From Candidatus Latescibacterota bacterium (GTDB lineage Bacteria > Latescibacterota > UBA2968), in assembly GCA_965207885.1 (NCBI GenBank), contig OZ242311.1, positions 160,001 through 224,000 of the forward strand: DNA of 64,000 nucleotides. Direction: 5' to 3'. The position numbers were made by a program, and so were the translations under genes. Positions 22,860-32,016 of this stretch are shown here, in pieces. Within the stretch, counting starts at the first letter, position 1, and each line of letters opens with the position of its first letter. The notes under the pieces were generated by a model, which saw nothing but the letters and a program-made list of their open reading frames with translations, did not search any database and had not been told where the DNA came from.

Positions 22860-22892
22860 AAAGCACGCTCTGTTTAGAGCGTGCTTTTTTTT
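22860..22892 (+). terminator. Rho-independent terminator of atp operon
   Basis: AAAGCACGCTCT-gttt-AGAGCGTGCTTTTTTTT. Confidence 0.85.
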
Positions 22893-22966
22893 CACAGGAT
22901 GATTATTTTTTGACTATAAATCCCAAACCTATACATCCACGGCGATTGAAAGGATAAAAATTAAAC

Positions 22967-23992
22967 ATGCCTGATATTGCGCGACACGTACTCGTAACAG
23001 GTGCTGCGGGATTCATTGGCTTTCATCTCTCCAGACGACTGCTCGAAATGGGGCATTCGGTGGTCGGATTGGACAACGTGAACGACTATTACAACATCCA
23101 GCTCAAAGAAGACCGCCTATCCATTCTAAAACGGGAAAGCGGATTCAAATTTGTTCGCATGCACCTCGAGGACGAAGCGGGAATAGCAAACCTCTTCCGC
23201 GCAGAGAACTTTTCTCATGTCATCAACCTCGCGGGACAGGCGGGTATGCCTTACAGTCTGAAAAATCCCCAAGCATTTGTCAAAAGCAATGTCCTGGGCT
23301 TCCTCAACATCCTGGAAGGATGTCGCCATTGCGGTATCGAACATCTGGTCTATGCATCCTCCAGTTCCGTTTACGGCTTGAACACCACCACACCTCACGG
23401 CGTCCATCAAAATGTCGATCACCCGATCAGCCTGTACGCGGCGACAAAAAAATCAGATGAACTAATGGCGCATGTGTATAGCCATCTATACGGCATCCCG
23501 ACGACGGGATTGCGCTTTTTCTCTGTGTACGGACCCTGGGGACGTCCGGATTTTGTCGCCTACTTGTGGACCAAAGCCATCCTGGAAAATCGACCGATAA
23601 AAGTCTATAATCATGGAAAAATGCGCCGCAGTTTTACATATGTCGGCGACATTGTCGAAGGCGTCACTCGCGTATTGTCAAATCCCGCAGCGCCAGCCCC
23701 CGAATGGACGGGACAATGTCCCGATCCGGGATCGAGTTCCAGCCCTTATCGGATTTACAATATCGGCAATCCGAATGTCATAGAATTGGATTATTTTTTA
23801 TCGCTATTAGAGGACTTGCTGGGCAAAAAAGCTATCCGAAAAGATTTGCCCATGCAGCCTGGAGATGTACAGGATAATGCAGCAGATGTATCGGACCTGA
23901 TGCGAGATGTGGGCTACAATCCCTCAACACCCATAGAAACAGGACTTGCAAATTTTGTCGCGTGGTACAGGGACTATCACAACATCAAATAA
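22967..23992 (+). CDS. NAD-dependent nucleotide-sugar epimerase (UDP-glucuronate 4-epimerase / CapI-like)
   Basis: TGAAGFIG, YASSSSVYG, YAATKK, RFFSVYGPWGRPD, PMQPGDV. Confidence 0.92.
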   Translation: MPDIARHVLVTGAAGFIGFHLSRRLLEMGHSVVGLDNVNDYYNIQLKEDRLSILKRESGFKFVRMHLEDEAGIANLFRAENFSHVINLAGQAGMPYSLKNPQAFVKSNVLGFLNILEGCRHCGIEHLVYASSSSVYGLNTTTPHGVHQNVDHPISLYAATKKSDELMAHVYSHLYGIPTTGLRFFSVYGPWGRPDFVAYLWTKAILENRPIKVYNHGKMRRSFTYVGDIVEGVTRVLSNPAAPAPEWTGQCPDPGSSSSPYRIYNIGNPNVIELDYFLSLLEDLLGKKAIRKDLPMQPGDVQDNAADVSDLMRDVGYNPSTPIETGLANFVAWYRDYHNIK

Positions 23993-24010
23993 ATCGGAGA
24001 AACACAAACG

Positions 24011-24044
24011 AAAAAACACGCTCTGTTCAGGGCGTGCTTTTTTT
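24011..24044. terminator. Terminator, near-copy of the atpC terminator
   Basis: AAAAAACACGCTCTG-tt-CAGGGCGTGCTTTTTT. Confidence 0.75.
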
Positions 24045-24059
24045 ATTACTCATGTCCTC

Positions 24060-24248
24060 TTACTTCTCAAACACCTTCAATTCTGCATCCAGATTATAGA
24101 GATGATGTTCGGATTCCGTCAATTTGGTCAACTTGTCGTAGTCTATAGCGGCAACATGATCAATCCTGAACTCCACCAGATTATGACTCAGCTATGCAAT
24201 CTGCTTTCTAAGATTGGCGAGTGTTGCTTGATTTACACGGGTTGCCAT
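24060..24248 (-). pseudogene. Small 62-codon ORF with internal amber stop
   Basis: GAAGGGA RBS, ATG, MATRVNQATLANLRKQIA*(TAG 24194-24192)LSHNLVEFRIDHVAAIDYDKLTKLTESEHHLYNLDAELKVFEK*. Confidence 0.5.
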
Positions 24249-24312
24249 GTTGTAATCCCTTCAAATTTTATATACGAAGTTATTTTATTTTGGCTTCGCG
24301 GATAGCCCCGTC

Positions 24313-25359
24313 TTAATTTTTCAAAATATTCTTTTTGTGTTCGAATGCTTTGAGTTGTTTGATCTTCCCATCTACGGGCCAGGGATGTTTTTGATAGACT
24401 GGCAGTGATTTTAAGCCTTCTGTTTCTTCTACTGTACTGCATTTCTTGAGCAATTTATGGAGATTCCAGCGATCTAAGAGTGTCCATGTATCGTTGTATT
24501 TTGCAAACGCATTTTCTAAATCCTCAATACGATGCGGCAATGCCTCCTCCATCCTGCTAAGTCCCCCATCATAACAGTCCATTTGACGGGCAATGGCTGA
24601 TTCAGCAAACATCTGCATCTCTAAATCACCGGGAAATTCCCACATAATGAGTTTTGCAACCGCATCATTACATGCAAAACCGAGTTCAAGTTCAGAGGGA
24701 TCAAAAGCTGGCAACCGAATCCCCCGGGTACGTGAACCTGTGGTATCCCATACAACTTTGTGAAATGTCGCATCTGTAAAATTAGTACCCAATAGGCGTG
24801 CTCTTGACAACGTTGTATTCTCCAAATGGACGCCTATGCAATTTGCTACGGAAAAATTCGAGAAGGCAAAATCGGTCTCAATAATATGACTCTCATCCAG
24901 AATGGCTCCGCAAAAATCTGTATGAGCCAATTTTAGATGTGATAGCTCTGCCCCTCGCAATTTGGCACGATACAGTGTCGCGTATTTCAGATTGGTTTTG
25001 AACAGCTTTGCCCCTCTTAAATCTGCGCCCGTAAGGTCTGCACCCTCTAAATCCTCACCTGAGAAATCCGTCCCTTTCAAATCTGCACCCGCATAATTCT
25101 TATTAGATTCATTGAGCAGGTAGTCAGCTAACACTTCACCATCTGTTTCCTTTTCAATATAGTCTGCCAGGTTCACGGCGGTTCTGTAATAGAGCCTGTT
25201 CGTCTTCCCATTGAGAATTCTGCTCACTGTTTGCCGACTGACGCCTGTTTCGGACTCAATAACCTGTAGTTTCAGCCAGATATTCTTTCCATTTTTGCTC
25301 TTGCTATATAACTGTTTCAGATGTCTGGATATCCTATGCGCCACAAACCCATTCACCAT
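24313..25359 (-). CDS. HTH (XRE-like) + pentapeptide-repeat protein
   Basis: ESETGVSRQTVSRILNG helix-turn-helix; ADLKG/TDFSG/EDLEG/ADLTG pentapeptide repeats; GAGGTG RBS before ATG 25359. Confidence 0.8.
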   Translation of the reverse strand: MVNGFVAHRISRHLKQLYSKSKNGKNIWLKLQVIESETGVSRQTVSRILNGKTNRLYYRTAVNLADYIEKETDGEVLADYLLNESNKNYAGADLKGTDFSGEDLEGADLTGADLRGAKLFKTNLKYATLYRAKLRGAELSHLKLAHTDFCGAILDESHIIETDFAFSNFSVANCIGVHLENTTLSRARLLGTNFTDATFHKVVWDTTGSRTRGIRLPAFDPSELELGFACNDAVAKLIMWEFPGDLEMQMFAESAIARQMDCYDGGLSRMEEALPHRIEDLENAFAKYNDTWTLLDRWNLHKLLKKCSTVEETEGLKSLPVYQKHPWPVDGKIKQLKAFEHKKNILKN

Positions 25360-25524
25360 TATGCACCTCAAGTGTGTGAATTGTGTGAAAAAAAATTCTC
25401 GACAACGAGTAATAAAAAATAGAAATTATTTATCAAGCCAGCTTTCTCACGAGTTGGTGATACGGTCAGAGGCGTACTTTGCTTTGACGGGTGAAGTATG
25501 CCTCTACTGTTATTCCGCAAAATA
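25351..25524. repeat. Divergent regulatory repeat, copy 1 (others at ~54811-54992 and inverted at ~63822-63897)
   Basis: Shared TGTGTGAATTGT.T.AAAAAAA(A)TTCTCGACAACGAG...ATAGAAATT...GCTTTGACGGGTGAAGTATGCC. Confidence 0.85.
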
Positions 25525-25681
25525 AGTGTATATGAACCTGATACGTAACTTCAAATCGGTCAGATTTAGATTGTGCTATTAAACACACGTTTGGATTTCA
25601 CATCGTATATGAATGTAATTGTAATGCTCCACAATTCAAGACAAAAATGTACCTGCCCATTAGACCAAAACTCGAGGTGGT

Positions 25682-25843
25682 ATGATGAACGCTCAGGACG
25701 AATCACAGAGTAACAGGCATGTCCCCTTGATTAAATCCTCAAGGGCAGGCTCTGCGGGTGTAAGCAGGGATGGACACAGAGACCAAATCCTCACAGCACT
25801 TGAAGAGGCGGCAAGCCAGATTTACCTTCCCGTAACGGAGTAA
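25682..25843 (+). pseudogene. 53-aa in-frame deletion relic of the PAS histidine kinase
   Basis: MMNAQDE...HRDQILTALEEAAS|QIYLPVTE* matches the N- and C-termini of the kinase at 55069-56196. Confidence 0.9.
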
Positions 25844-25848
25844 AAGAG

Positions 25849-27237
25849 ATGGAAAAAGAGAAAATCCTCGTAATAGATGACGAGCCGGATATGTTGAGCG
25901 GTTGCCAGAAGTTTCTGGAAGCAGCGGGATACACGGTTGTCATAGCAGAGTCGGGTGAAGCAGGTCTCGCGTTATTCGACACAGAAAACCCCGATCTGGT
26001 CATCGTGGATTTGAAAATGCCCGGGATAGACGGTATGGCTGTACTTCAAAGCATTATGGCGCGTGATCAAGAGGCTGTTGTGATCGTCTTTACAGGATAC
26101 GGAACCATTGAAGGTGCCGTAGAAGCGATCAAGGCAGGCGCATTTGACTTTATACAGAAGCTATTTGATCCAGAGGAATTTTTAATCGTCATAGAACGGG
26201 CACTGAAACTGCGGCGTGTGAGGATGGAAAATGTAGCGCTGAAGCAGATGCTGGATACGCGGTTTCGATTCGAAAACATCATCGGGAACAGTGAAGCGAT
26301 CACGCAGGTATTTGATCTAATACGAAAAATCAGCAATACACCTGCCAACGTCCTGATCACAGGGGAGAGTGGAACGGGCAAGGAACTGGTGGCGCAGTGT
26401 ATTCATGCAAATAGCAAGCGGAGCCACAAGCCATTTGTTCCGCTCAACTGCGGGGGCCTACCAGAGAATCTGGTTGAAAGTGAGATATTTGGTCATGCAA
26501 AAGGGGCATTCACAGATGCGAAACAGAACCGCGTCGGGTTAATCGAACACGCGAGGGGCGGGACATTTTTTCTCGATGAAATCGGGGAATTGCCCATGCA
26601 CCTTCAGGTGAAATTCTTGCGCGTTCTGGAGGACCACAAAATTCGCAGGTTGGGAAGCAATGAGGAGATAGAAATCGACATCCGTCTCATCTCGGCGACC
26701 AATCAGAATATCGAGGCGTTGATTGGAGAGGGCAAGTTTAGAGAAGATTTATTTTATCGACTTAACACATTTGAGATTCACTTGCCACCTCTCAGGGAAC
26801 GGCAGGGAGATATTCAACTTCTTACTCATCACTTTTTGAACTACTTTGCCGAGACCTCTGAAAAAGCGGTTCAAGGTATTTCCACTGAGGCGATGGATGT
26901 ATTGTGCGAATATACCTATCCGGGCAATGTACGGGAATTAATGCATGTGATGGAGCGAGCTGTCGCCCTGTCAGATGTGGATACGATCCAGCTTGAGGAT
27001 TTACCTGAAAATTTAATCACCCAGACCGAAGATATCATTGGTTCCGCGCAGACCGATTTGCCTTTCCAGGACGCCAAAGACGCCGTGATTGAGAATTTTG
27101 AGCAGACCTTTATTGACCGCCTCCTCAAAGCACACAATGGCAATGTGTCCCGTGCAGCCAGAAAGAACGGAACAGACCGGCGCACATTGCAACGGTTAAT
27201 CTCAAAATATGCAATAGATGTATCCACTTATAGATAG
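25849..27237 (+). CDS. Sigma-54-dependent response regulator (NtrC family), copy 1
   Basis: Receiver (IDDE, D-LKMP), GESGTGKE, GAFTDA, LDEIGE, PGNVREL, Fis-type HTH. Confidence 0.95.
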   Translation: MEKEKILVIDDEPDMLSGCQKFLEAAGYTVVIAESGEAGLALFDTENPDLVIVDLKMPGIDGMAVLQSIMARDQEAVVIVFTGYGTIEGAVEAIKAGAFDFIQKLFDPEEFLIVIERALKLRRVRMENVALKQMLDTRFRFENIIGNSEAITQVFDLIRKISNTPANVLITGESGTGKELVAQCIHANSKRSHKPFVPLNCGGLPENLVESEIFGHAKGAFTDAKQNRVGLIEHARGGTFFLDEIGELPMHLQVKFLRVLEDHKIRRLGSNEEIEIDIRLISATNQNIEALIGEGKFREDLFYRLNTFEIHLPPLRERQGDIQLLTHHFLNYFAETSEKAVQGISTEAMDVLCEYTYPGNVRELMHVMERAVALSDVDTIQLEDLPENLITQTEDIIGSAQTDLPFQDAKDAVIENFEQTFIDRLLKAHNGNVSRAARKNGTDRRTLQRLISKYAIDVSTYR

Positions 27238-27304
27238 CGGTCAGTTCGCTCTCCCAATCTCACCCACCCTTAAAACCACTAAAGCCTACCCCACAATACC
27301 TGTA

Positions 27305-27720
27305 CCTGCATGTTTTAAACAGGAGAGTAATACAGGGTAAGGCTCCCCCTACCCTCTAAATCAGCCAAGCCAGCCCCCAAGCGGTGTATAGCTGCTATAG
27401 AAGTTAATCCTCGGTTCCCAAGCGATTAGTTTTCAAAGGTCAACCCCTTCAGCCCCAATCTCCGGTATCCAGCCTCTCGCCTATTAACACTCAGAAGGTC
27501 AACGGATAGTAGCAGGTGCGACAGAGATGTCCCAAAAGTGCGACAGAGATGTCTCACTGGCTCCTTTTACTGCGGATTATATTTTTCAGATCAATAAAAA
27601 ATTTTCAGGAATAAATTATTGTAATAAAAATATATATAGAAAAAGTGGAGATATATGTAGCCAATGCAATTTAAAGTGGCACATATTTCGCTTTTGAGTT
27701 TCATAGCAAAACAACTGTGA
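27305..27720 (+). repeat. Enhancer + sigma-54 promoter cassette, copy 1
   Basis: Homologous to 31664-31980 and 51488-51870; tandem GTGCGACAGAGATGTC at 27516 and 27538; AT-rich tract; TGGCAC box. Confidence 0.85.
27677..27692 (+). promoter_or_regulatory. Sigma-54 -24/-12 promoter
   Basis: TGGCACATATTTCGCT: GG-N10-GC spacing. Confidence 0.8.
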
Positions 27721-27761
27721 ATTAATCGATATAGGAAAACTTAACATTAGAGGATAACATA

Positions 27762-29108
27762 ATGGCTATAACAGAAAGATTACCTTGGAGAATCGCCAAT
27801 CCCAGACAGATGCTGGAGGAAAAAATCGCATCGCACGAAGCGCGGATAGCGGTGATGGGACTGGGGTATGTGGGATTGCCTTTATCCGTGGCATTGGGCA
27901 AGGTGGGATTTTCCGTCACGGGAATCGATACATCGGCGCGCAAAGTAGATCTGGTAGAAGCGGGAAAGTCCGATGTGCAGGGTGTATCGGAATTTGAGGT
28001 GACAAGTCTTAAGGCTGTGGGGAAATTGACAGCAACACGAGAATGCGATGTGCTCGATGAGGCCGATGTGGTCGTGGTATGTGTGCCCACACCCTTGAAT
28101 AAAGCACGCGATCCGGATGTCTCATTTATTGTACAAGCCTGTAATGCAATCAAAGACCATCTGCACAGCGGACAACTGGTGATTTTGGAGAGCACGACGT
28201 ATCCAGGTACGACCCATGAACTGGTATTGCCTCTGCTCGAAGAAAGTGGCTTGAAGGTCGGTCGAGATTTTTTTCTGGTATTTTCCCCAGAGCGCGTCGA
28301 TCCGGGCAACAGGGTTTATACCATCACCAACACGCCCAAAGTCGTGGGGGGTATTACCCCGTCTTGCACAGAAATAGGCACGTATTTTTACCGACAATCG
28401 ATCGGCGAAGTCGTATCGGTCTCATCAACCCAGGCAGCAGAAATGACCAAGTTGCTGGAAAATACTTTTCGCAGTGTAAATATTGGTCTTGTCAATGAAG
28501 TGGCCCTGATGTGTGACCGCCTGGGGGTGGATGTTTGGGAAGTAATCGATGCCGCAACGACCAAGCCGTTTGGGTTTATGCCGTTTTATCCCGGTCCTGG
28601 GTTGGGCGGGCATTGTATCCCGGTTGATCCGCACTTTCTGGCCTGGAAGCTCAAGACCTTGAATTACAATGCGCGCTTTATCGAATTGGCCAGCGAAGTG
28701 ACGCGCAGCATGCCAGGGTATGTGGTCGATAAAATCACCGACGCACTCAACGAACACGAGCGGTGTTTGAAAGGCTCGAACATCCTGATATTGGGCGTGA
28801 CGTACAAACCCGATATGCGCGATATTCGCGAGTCACCAGCATTGGATATTATAGAAATGCTTCAGGAGAAAGGGGCGAAGGTCTCGTATTGCGATCCGTT
28901 TGTGGATCACTTGCAGACAGAAAGTTTGGACTTGAAGAGTATCTCCTTGAACGATAAAAATTTAACTGATGCCCATTGTGTGGTGATTGTGACACATCAC
29001 AGCGATTACGACTACGAATGGATTGTAAAGCGCGCGTGTTGTATTGTCGATACACGCAATGCCACACAGGCTGTATCTGGACAGAAAGATCACGTCTTTA
29101 AACTGTAG
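27762..29108 (+). CDS. Nucleotide-sugar dehydrogenase (UDP-GlcNAc/UDP-ManNAc 6-dehydrogenase, WbpA/WecC family)
   Basis: GLGYVG, CVPTP, ESTTYPG, SPERVDPG, KLLENTFRSVN, GGHCIPVDP, DIRESP. Confidence 0.93.
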   Translation: MAITERLPWRIANPRQMLEEKIASHEARIAVMGLGYVGLPLSVALGKVGFSVTGIDTSARKVDLVEAGKSDVQGVSEFEVTSLKAVGKLTATRECDVLDEADVVVVCVPTPLNKARDPDVSFIVQACNAIKDHLHSGQLVILESTTYPGTTHELVLPLLEESGLKVGRDFFLVFSPERVDPGNRVYTITNTPKVVGGITPSCTEIGTYFYRQSIGEVVSVSSTQAAEMTKLLENTFRSVNIGLVNEVALMCDRLGVDVWEVIDAATTKPFGFMPFYPGPGLGGHCIPVDPHFLAWKLKTLNYNARFIELASEVTRSMPGYVVDKITDALNEHERCLKGSNILILGVTYKPDMRDIRESPALDIIEMLQEKGAKVSYCDPFVDHLQTESLDLKSISLNDKNLTDAHCVVIVTHHSDYDYEWIVKRACCIVDTRNATQAVSGQKDHVFKL

Positions 29109-29170
29109 CATTGGAGATCTCTGTGGGCTTCCTGTTAGGGGATCTCATTGGTGGCTTCTCAAGTCCCTTG

Positions 29171-29269
29171 TCGAGTTCTGTTTATGGCTTGAACACCACC
29201 ACGCCTCATGGCGTCCGTCGAAACGTCGATCATCCGATCAGCTTGTACGCGGCGACAAAAAAATCAGAT
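29171..29269 (+). pseudogene. 99-bp internal fragment of a paralog of the epimerase gene at 22967-23992
   Basis: Aligns with 23360-23458 (SSSVYGLNTTTPHGV..NVDHPISLYAATKKSD); 10 differences, 8 synonymous. Confidence 0.9.
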
Positions 29270-29285
29270 AGGCAGGTCAAGTCCA

Positions 29286-30476
29286 ATGAAAATTTTTAAA
29301 AACATCATGAATTTTTTTAAAACAAAAAGAAAAACTGCGTATTTATCTGATATAGCTATAAACATAGCCCAACAGGATCGAAAAGGGCTTTCTGATAATG
29401 ATCCAGGAGTCGAAACGGCCATTGAACTTGGAATGAAATGGCTTTGTCTTGCTCAAGATTGTTCAGCTTCACAAGATGGCGGTGTGGCCAGGCATTATAG
29501 CCTTATCAATGGCTGGGCAACTTCCTATCCAGAAACTACGGGTTATATTGTGCCAACACTTTTGGAATTTGCCCAACAAAATGATGACTTAGAGATTCGT
29601 TATAGAGCAAAGCGTATGCTTGATTGGCTCATCTCTATTCAATTTTCCGAAGGGGGATTTCAAGGTGGGAGAATTGATGCGAAACCTCGTTTACCTGTAA
29701 CTTTCAATACTGGACAAATTTTGCTTGGGTTAGCTATAGGTGTTAGGGAGTTTGGAAATACGTATCTCGGCCCGATGCAACGTGCTGCGGATTGGTTAGT
29801 GGATACAATGGATGTGGATGGATGCTGGCGAAATTATCCTTCGCCATTTACAATTATCGGAGAAAAGGCTTATGATACGCATGTTGCCTGGGGCTTATTA
29901 GAAGCAGCACGTATTTTGCCGGACAAGCCTTATAGTAAGGTAGCACTAAAAAATGTAGATTGGGCACTAACACAGCAGAGGAAGAATGGTTGGTTTGAAA
30001 ATTGTTGCCTCAATGATCCATCCAAACCATTAACCCACACATTAGGTTATGTACTTCGGGGAATATTGGAAGCATTCAGATTCACCAAAAAAGAAATTTA
30101 TTTATCAGCAGCTTGCAAAACAGCCCATGGAATATTAGAGGCCATGAGATCAGATGGTTTTATCCCTGGGCGACTTTCCGCAAATTGGCAAGGCGCGGTA
30201 AATTGGGCCTGTTTAACTGGAACAGCTCAAATTGCCTGCTGTTGGCTGATCCTTTATCAATTTACGGGCAACCAACACTATAGAGATGCCGCATATATAG
30301 CTAATCATTTTGTAAGACGCACTATAGAAGATGATGGTCCCCGTGAAATTCAAGGTGCTATAAAAGGCTCTTTTCCTATTGAAGGTGACTATGGCAAATT
30401 TGAGTATCTCAATTGGGCTTGCAAATTTTCCATTGATGCGAATATGCTGGAACATAAAATAAGAATCCAAAAATGA
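29286..30476 (+). CDS. (alpha/alpha)-barrel protein, prenyltransferase/squalene-cyclase-like repeats, glycan-cluster associated
   Basis: SYPETTGY motif, repeated WL...Q..DG/EG motifs, CLTGTAQ, YLNWACKF. Confidence 0.6.
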   Translation: MKIFKNIMNFFKTKRKTAYLSDIAINIAQQDRKGLSDNDPGVETAIELGMKWLCLAQDCSASQDGGVARHYSLINGWATSYPETTGYIVPTLLEFAQQNDDLEIRYRAKRMLDWLISIQFSEGGFQGGRIDAKPRLPVTFNTGQILLGLAIGVREFGNTYLGPMQRAADWLVDTMDVDGCWRNYPSPFTIIGEKAYDTHVAWGLLEAARILPDKPYSKVALKNVDWALTQQRKNGWFENCCLNDPSKPLTHTLGYVLRGILEAFRFTKKEIYLSAACKTAHGILEAMRSDGFIPGRLSANWQGAVNWACLTGTAQIACCWLILYQFTGNQHYRDAAYIANHFVRRTIEDDGPREIQGAIKGSFPIEGDYGKFEYLNWACKFSIDANMLEHKIRIQK

Positions 30477-30499
30477 TTTTCTAATCTTGTGAGGAGAAT

Positions 30500-31582
30500 G
30501 TGAAAATTATCCTTGTTGCAGGCGTAAGACCCAATTTTATGAAAGTTGCCCCACTGTGGAATCAACTAATCGAAGTGCCCGATTTATTTGACCCGATTTT
30601 GGTGCATACGGGACAACACTACGATGATCTTATGTCCGATATTTTCTTTCGAGATTTAAATCTGCCCAGACCGCATTATGAATTGAATGTGGGGTCGGGC
30701 AGTCACGCGTACCAGACAGCGCAGATCATGATGGGTTTTGAGGAGATTTTATTGTTGGAGAAGCCGGACTGGGTCCTTGTCGTTGGTGATGTCAATTCCA
30801 CTTTAGCATGTGCGATGGATGCAGCAAAATTGCAAATCCCCGTTGGGCACATAGAGGCGGGGTTGCGAAGTTGGGATCGGTCAATGCCCGAAGAGATCAA
30901 TCGAATTGTGGTGGATGCTATATCCGATCTTCTGTTTGCACCTTCAATGCAGGCGTGTGAAAATCTGAGGCGCGAAGGCATAGAAGATCGCCGCATTCAT
31001 TTTGTAGGCAATGTAATGATAGATTCTCTGATGTTGTTAGCCCCTAAAGCCGATGAATCCCGTATCCTAAGCATACACGGTTTATCGGTTCGAGAATACG
31101 TTTTTCTAACCCTCCATCGCGCCTCAAATGTCGATTGTCCAGATACGTTGGCTGGCATTGTATCCGCGTTACAAACCCTCAAATGTCCAATCGCGTGGCC
31201 TTTGCATCCAAGAACGCGCAATCGCCTATCCCAATTTGGTTTTTTGCAAGGGCTTGAGATGATGGACAATATTAAACTTATGGATCCCGTTGGCTATCTC
31301 GATTCTTTGAAACTTCAGAAAAATGCAAAATTTGTGATGACAGATTCCGGGGGATTGCAAGAAGAGACGACAGCTTTGGGTGTACCGTGTTTGACGCTTA
31401 GAGAGAATACAGAACGACCAGAGACCATAAATATTGGGACTAACACACTTGTAGGTGTTCGTCCCGAACGCATTGTTGCAGAGGCTGAATCTGTTTTGAA
31501 TGGGCGTTATAAATCCGGCCGCTTGCCCGAGTTGTGGGACGGCAATACAGCTAAGCGAGTTGTTGCTTTATTGAAAAGTTAA
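30500..31582 (+). CDS. wecB: UDP-N-acetylglucosamine 2-epimerase (non-hydrolysing)
   Basis: RPNFMK, HTGQHYD, GDVNST, HIEAGLRS, MPEEINR, TDSGGLQEE, TERPE. Confidence 0.95.
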   Translation: MKIILVAGVRPNFMKVAPLWNQLIEVPDLFDPILVHTGQHYDDLMSDIFFRDLNLPRPHYELNVGSGSHAYQTAQIMMGFEEILLLEKPDWVLVVGDVNSTLACAMDAAKLQIPVGHIEAGLRSWDRSMPEEINRIVVDAISDLLFAPSMQACENLRREGIEDRRIHFVGNVMIDSLMLLAPKADESRILSIHGLSVREYVFLTLHRASNVDCPDTLAGIVSALQTLKCPIAWPLHPRTRNRLSQFGFLQGLEMMDNIKLMDPVGYLDSLKLQKNAKFVMTDSGGLQEETTALGVPCLTLRENTERPETINIGTNTLVGVRPERIVAEAESVLNGRYKSGRLPELWDGNTAKRVVALLKS

Positions 31583-31663
31583 TCCTAAATGACAATCCTA
31601 AATGACAAGAAACAGTTACTCTTGGCTTCTTCGCAGTTTGGGAATGTACTTAGTTCCCATTTA

Positions 31664-31980
31664 CAGCTTTCAAGGATCAGCCCCTCCCTCCGGCCTACAA
31701 CCTCCAGTAGTCATTCTCTAATCTTACATATCCATTCTCCAATCTTCAGTATCCATCCTATTGCTTCTTAGCAGTAGGTGCGACATGGGTGTCCCAAAAG
31801 TGCGGCAGAAGTGTCGCACCTGATCTTTTTTCTGGCGGATCGTATTTTTTAAATTGAAAAAAATTTTAGGAATAAATCATTGTAATAAAACAATATATTT
31901 AAAAAACAAAAAATATATCGCTAATTTAACTTAAAGTGGCACACATTTCGCTTTTACGTTTTGCAGCAAGACAGCAGTGA
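31664..31980 (+). repeat. Enhancer + sigma-54 promoter cassette, copy 2
   Basis: GTGCGACATGGGTGTCCCAAAAGTGCGGCAGAAGTGTCGCAC, AGGAATAAAT.ATTGTAATAAAA, AAAGTGGCAC. Confidence 0.85.
31937..31952 (+). promoter_or_regulatory. Sigma-54 -24/-12 promoter
   Basis: TGGCACACATTTCGCT. Confidence 0.8.
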
Positions 31981-32016
31981 CAAACAAGAAAGAGAATAAA
32001 TGCGGAGGGTGAGTCC

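Noticed and set aside
29171-29269. DGR template/variable repeat pair with 23360-23458
   Set aside because: Differences are mostly synonymous C/T changes, not adenine-specific, and no reverse transcriptase is present.
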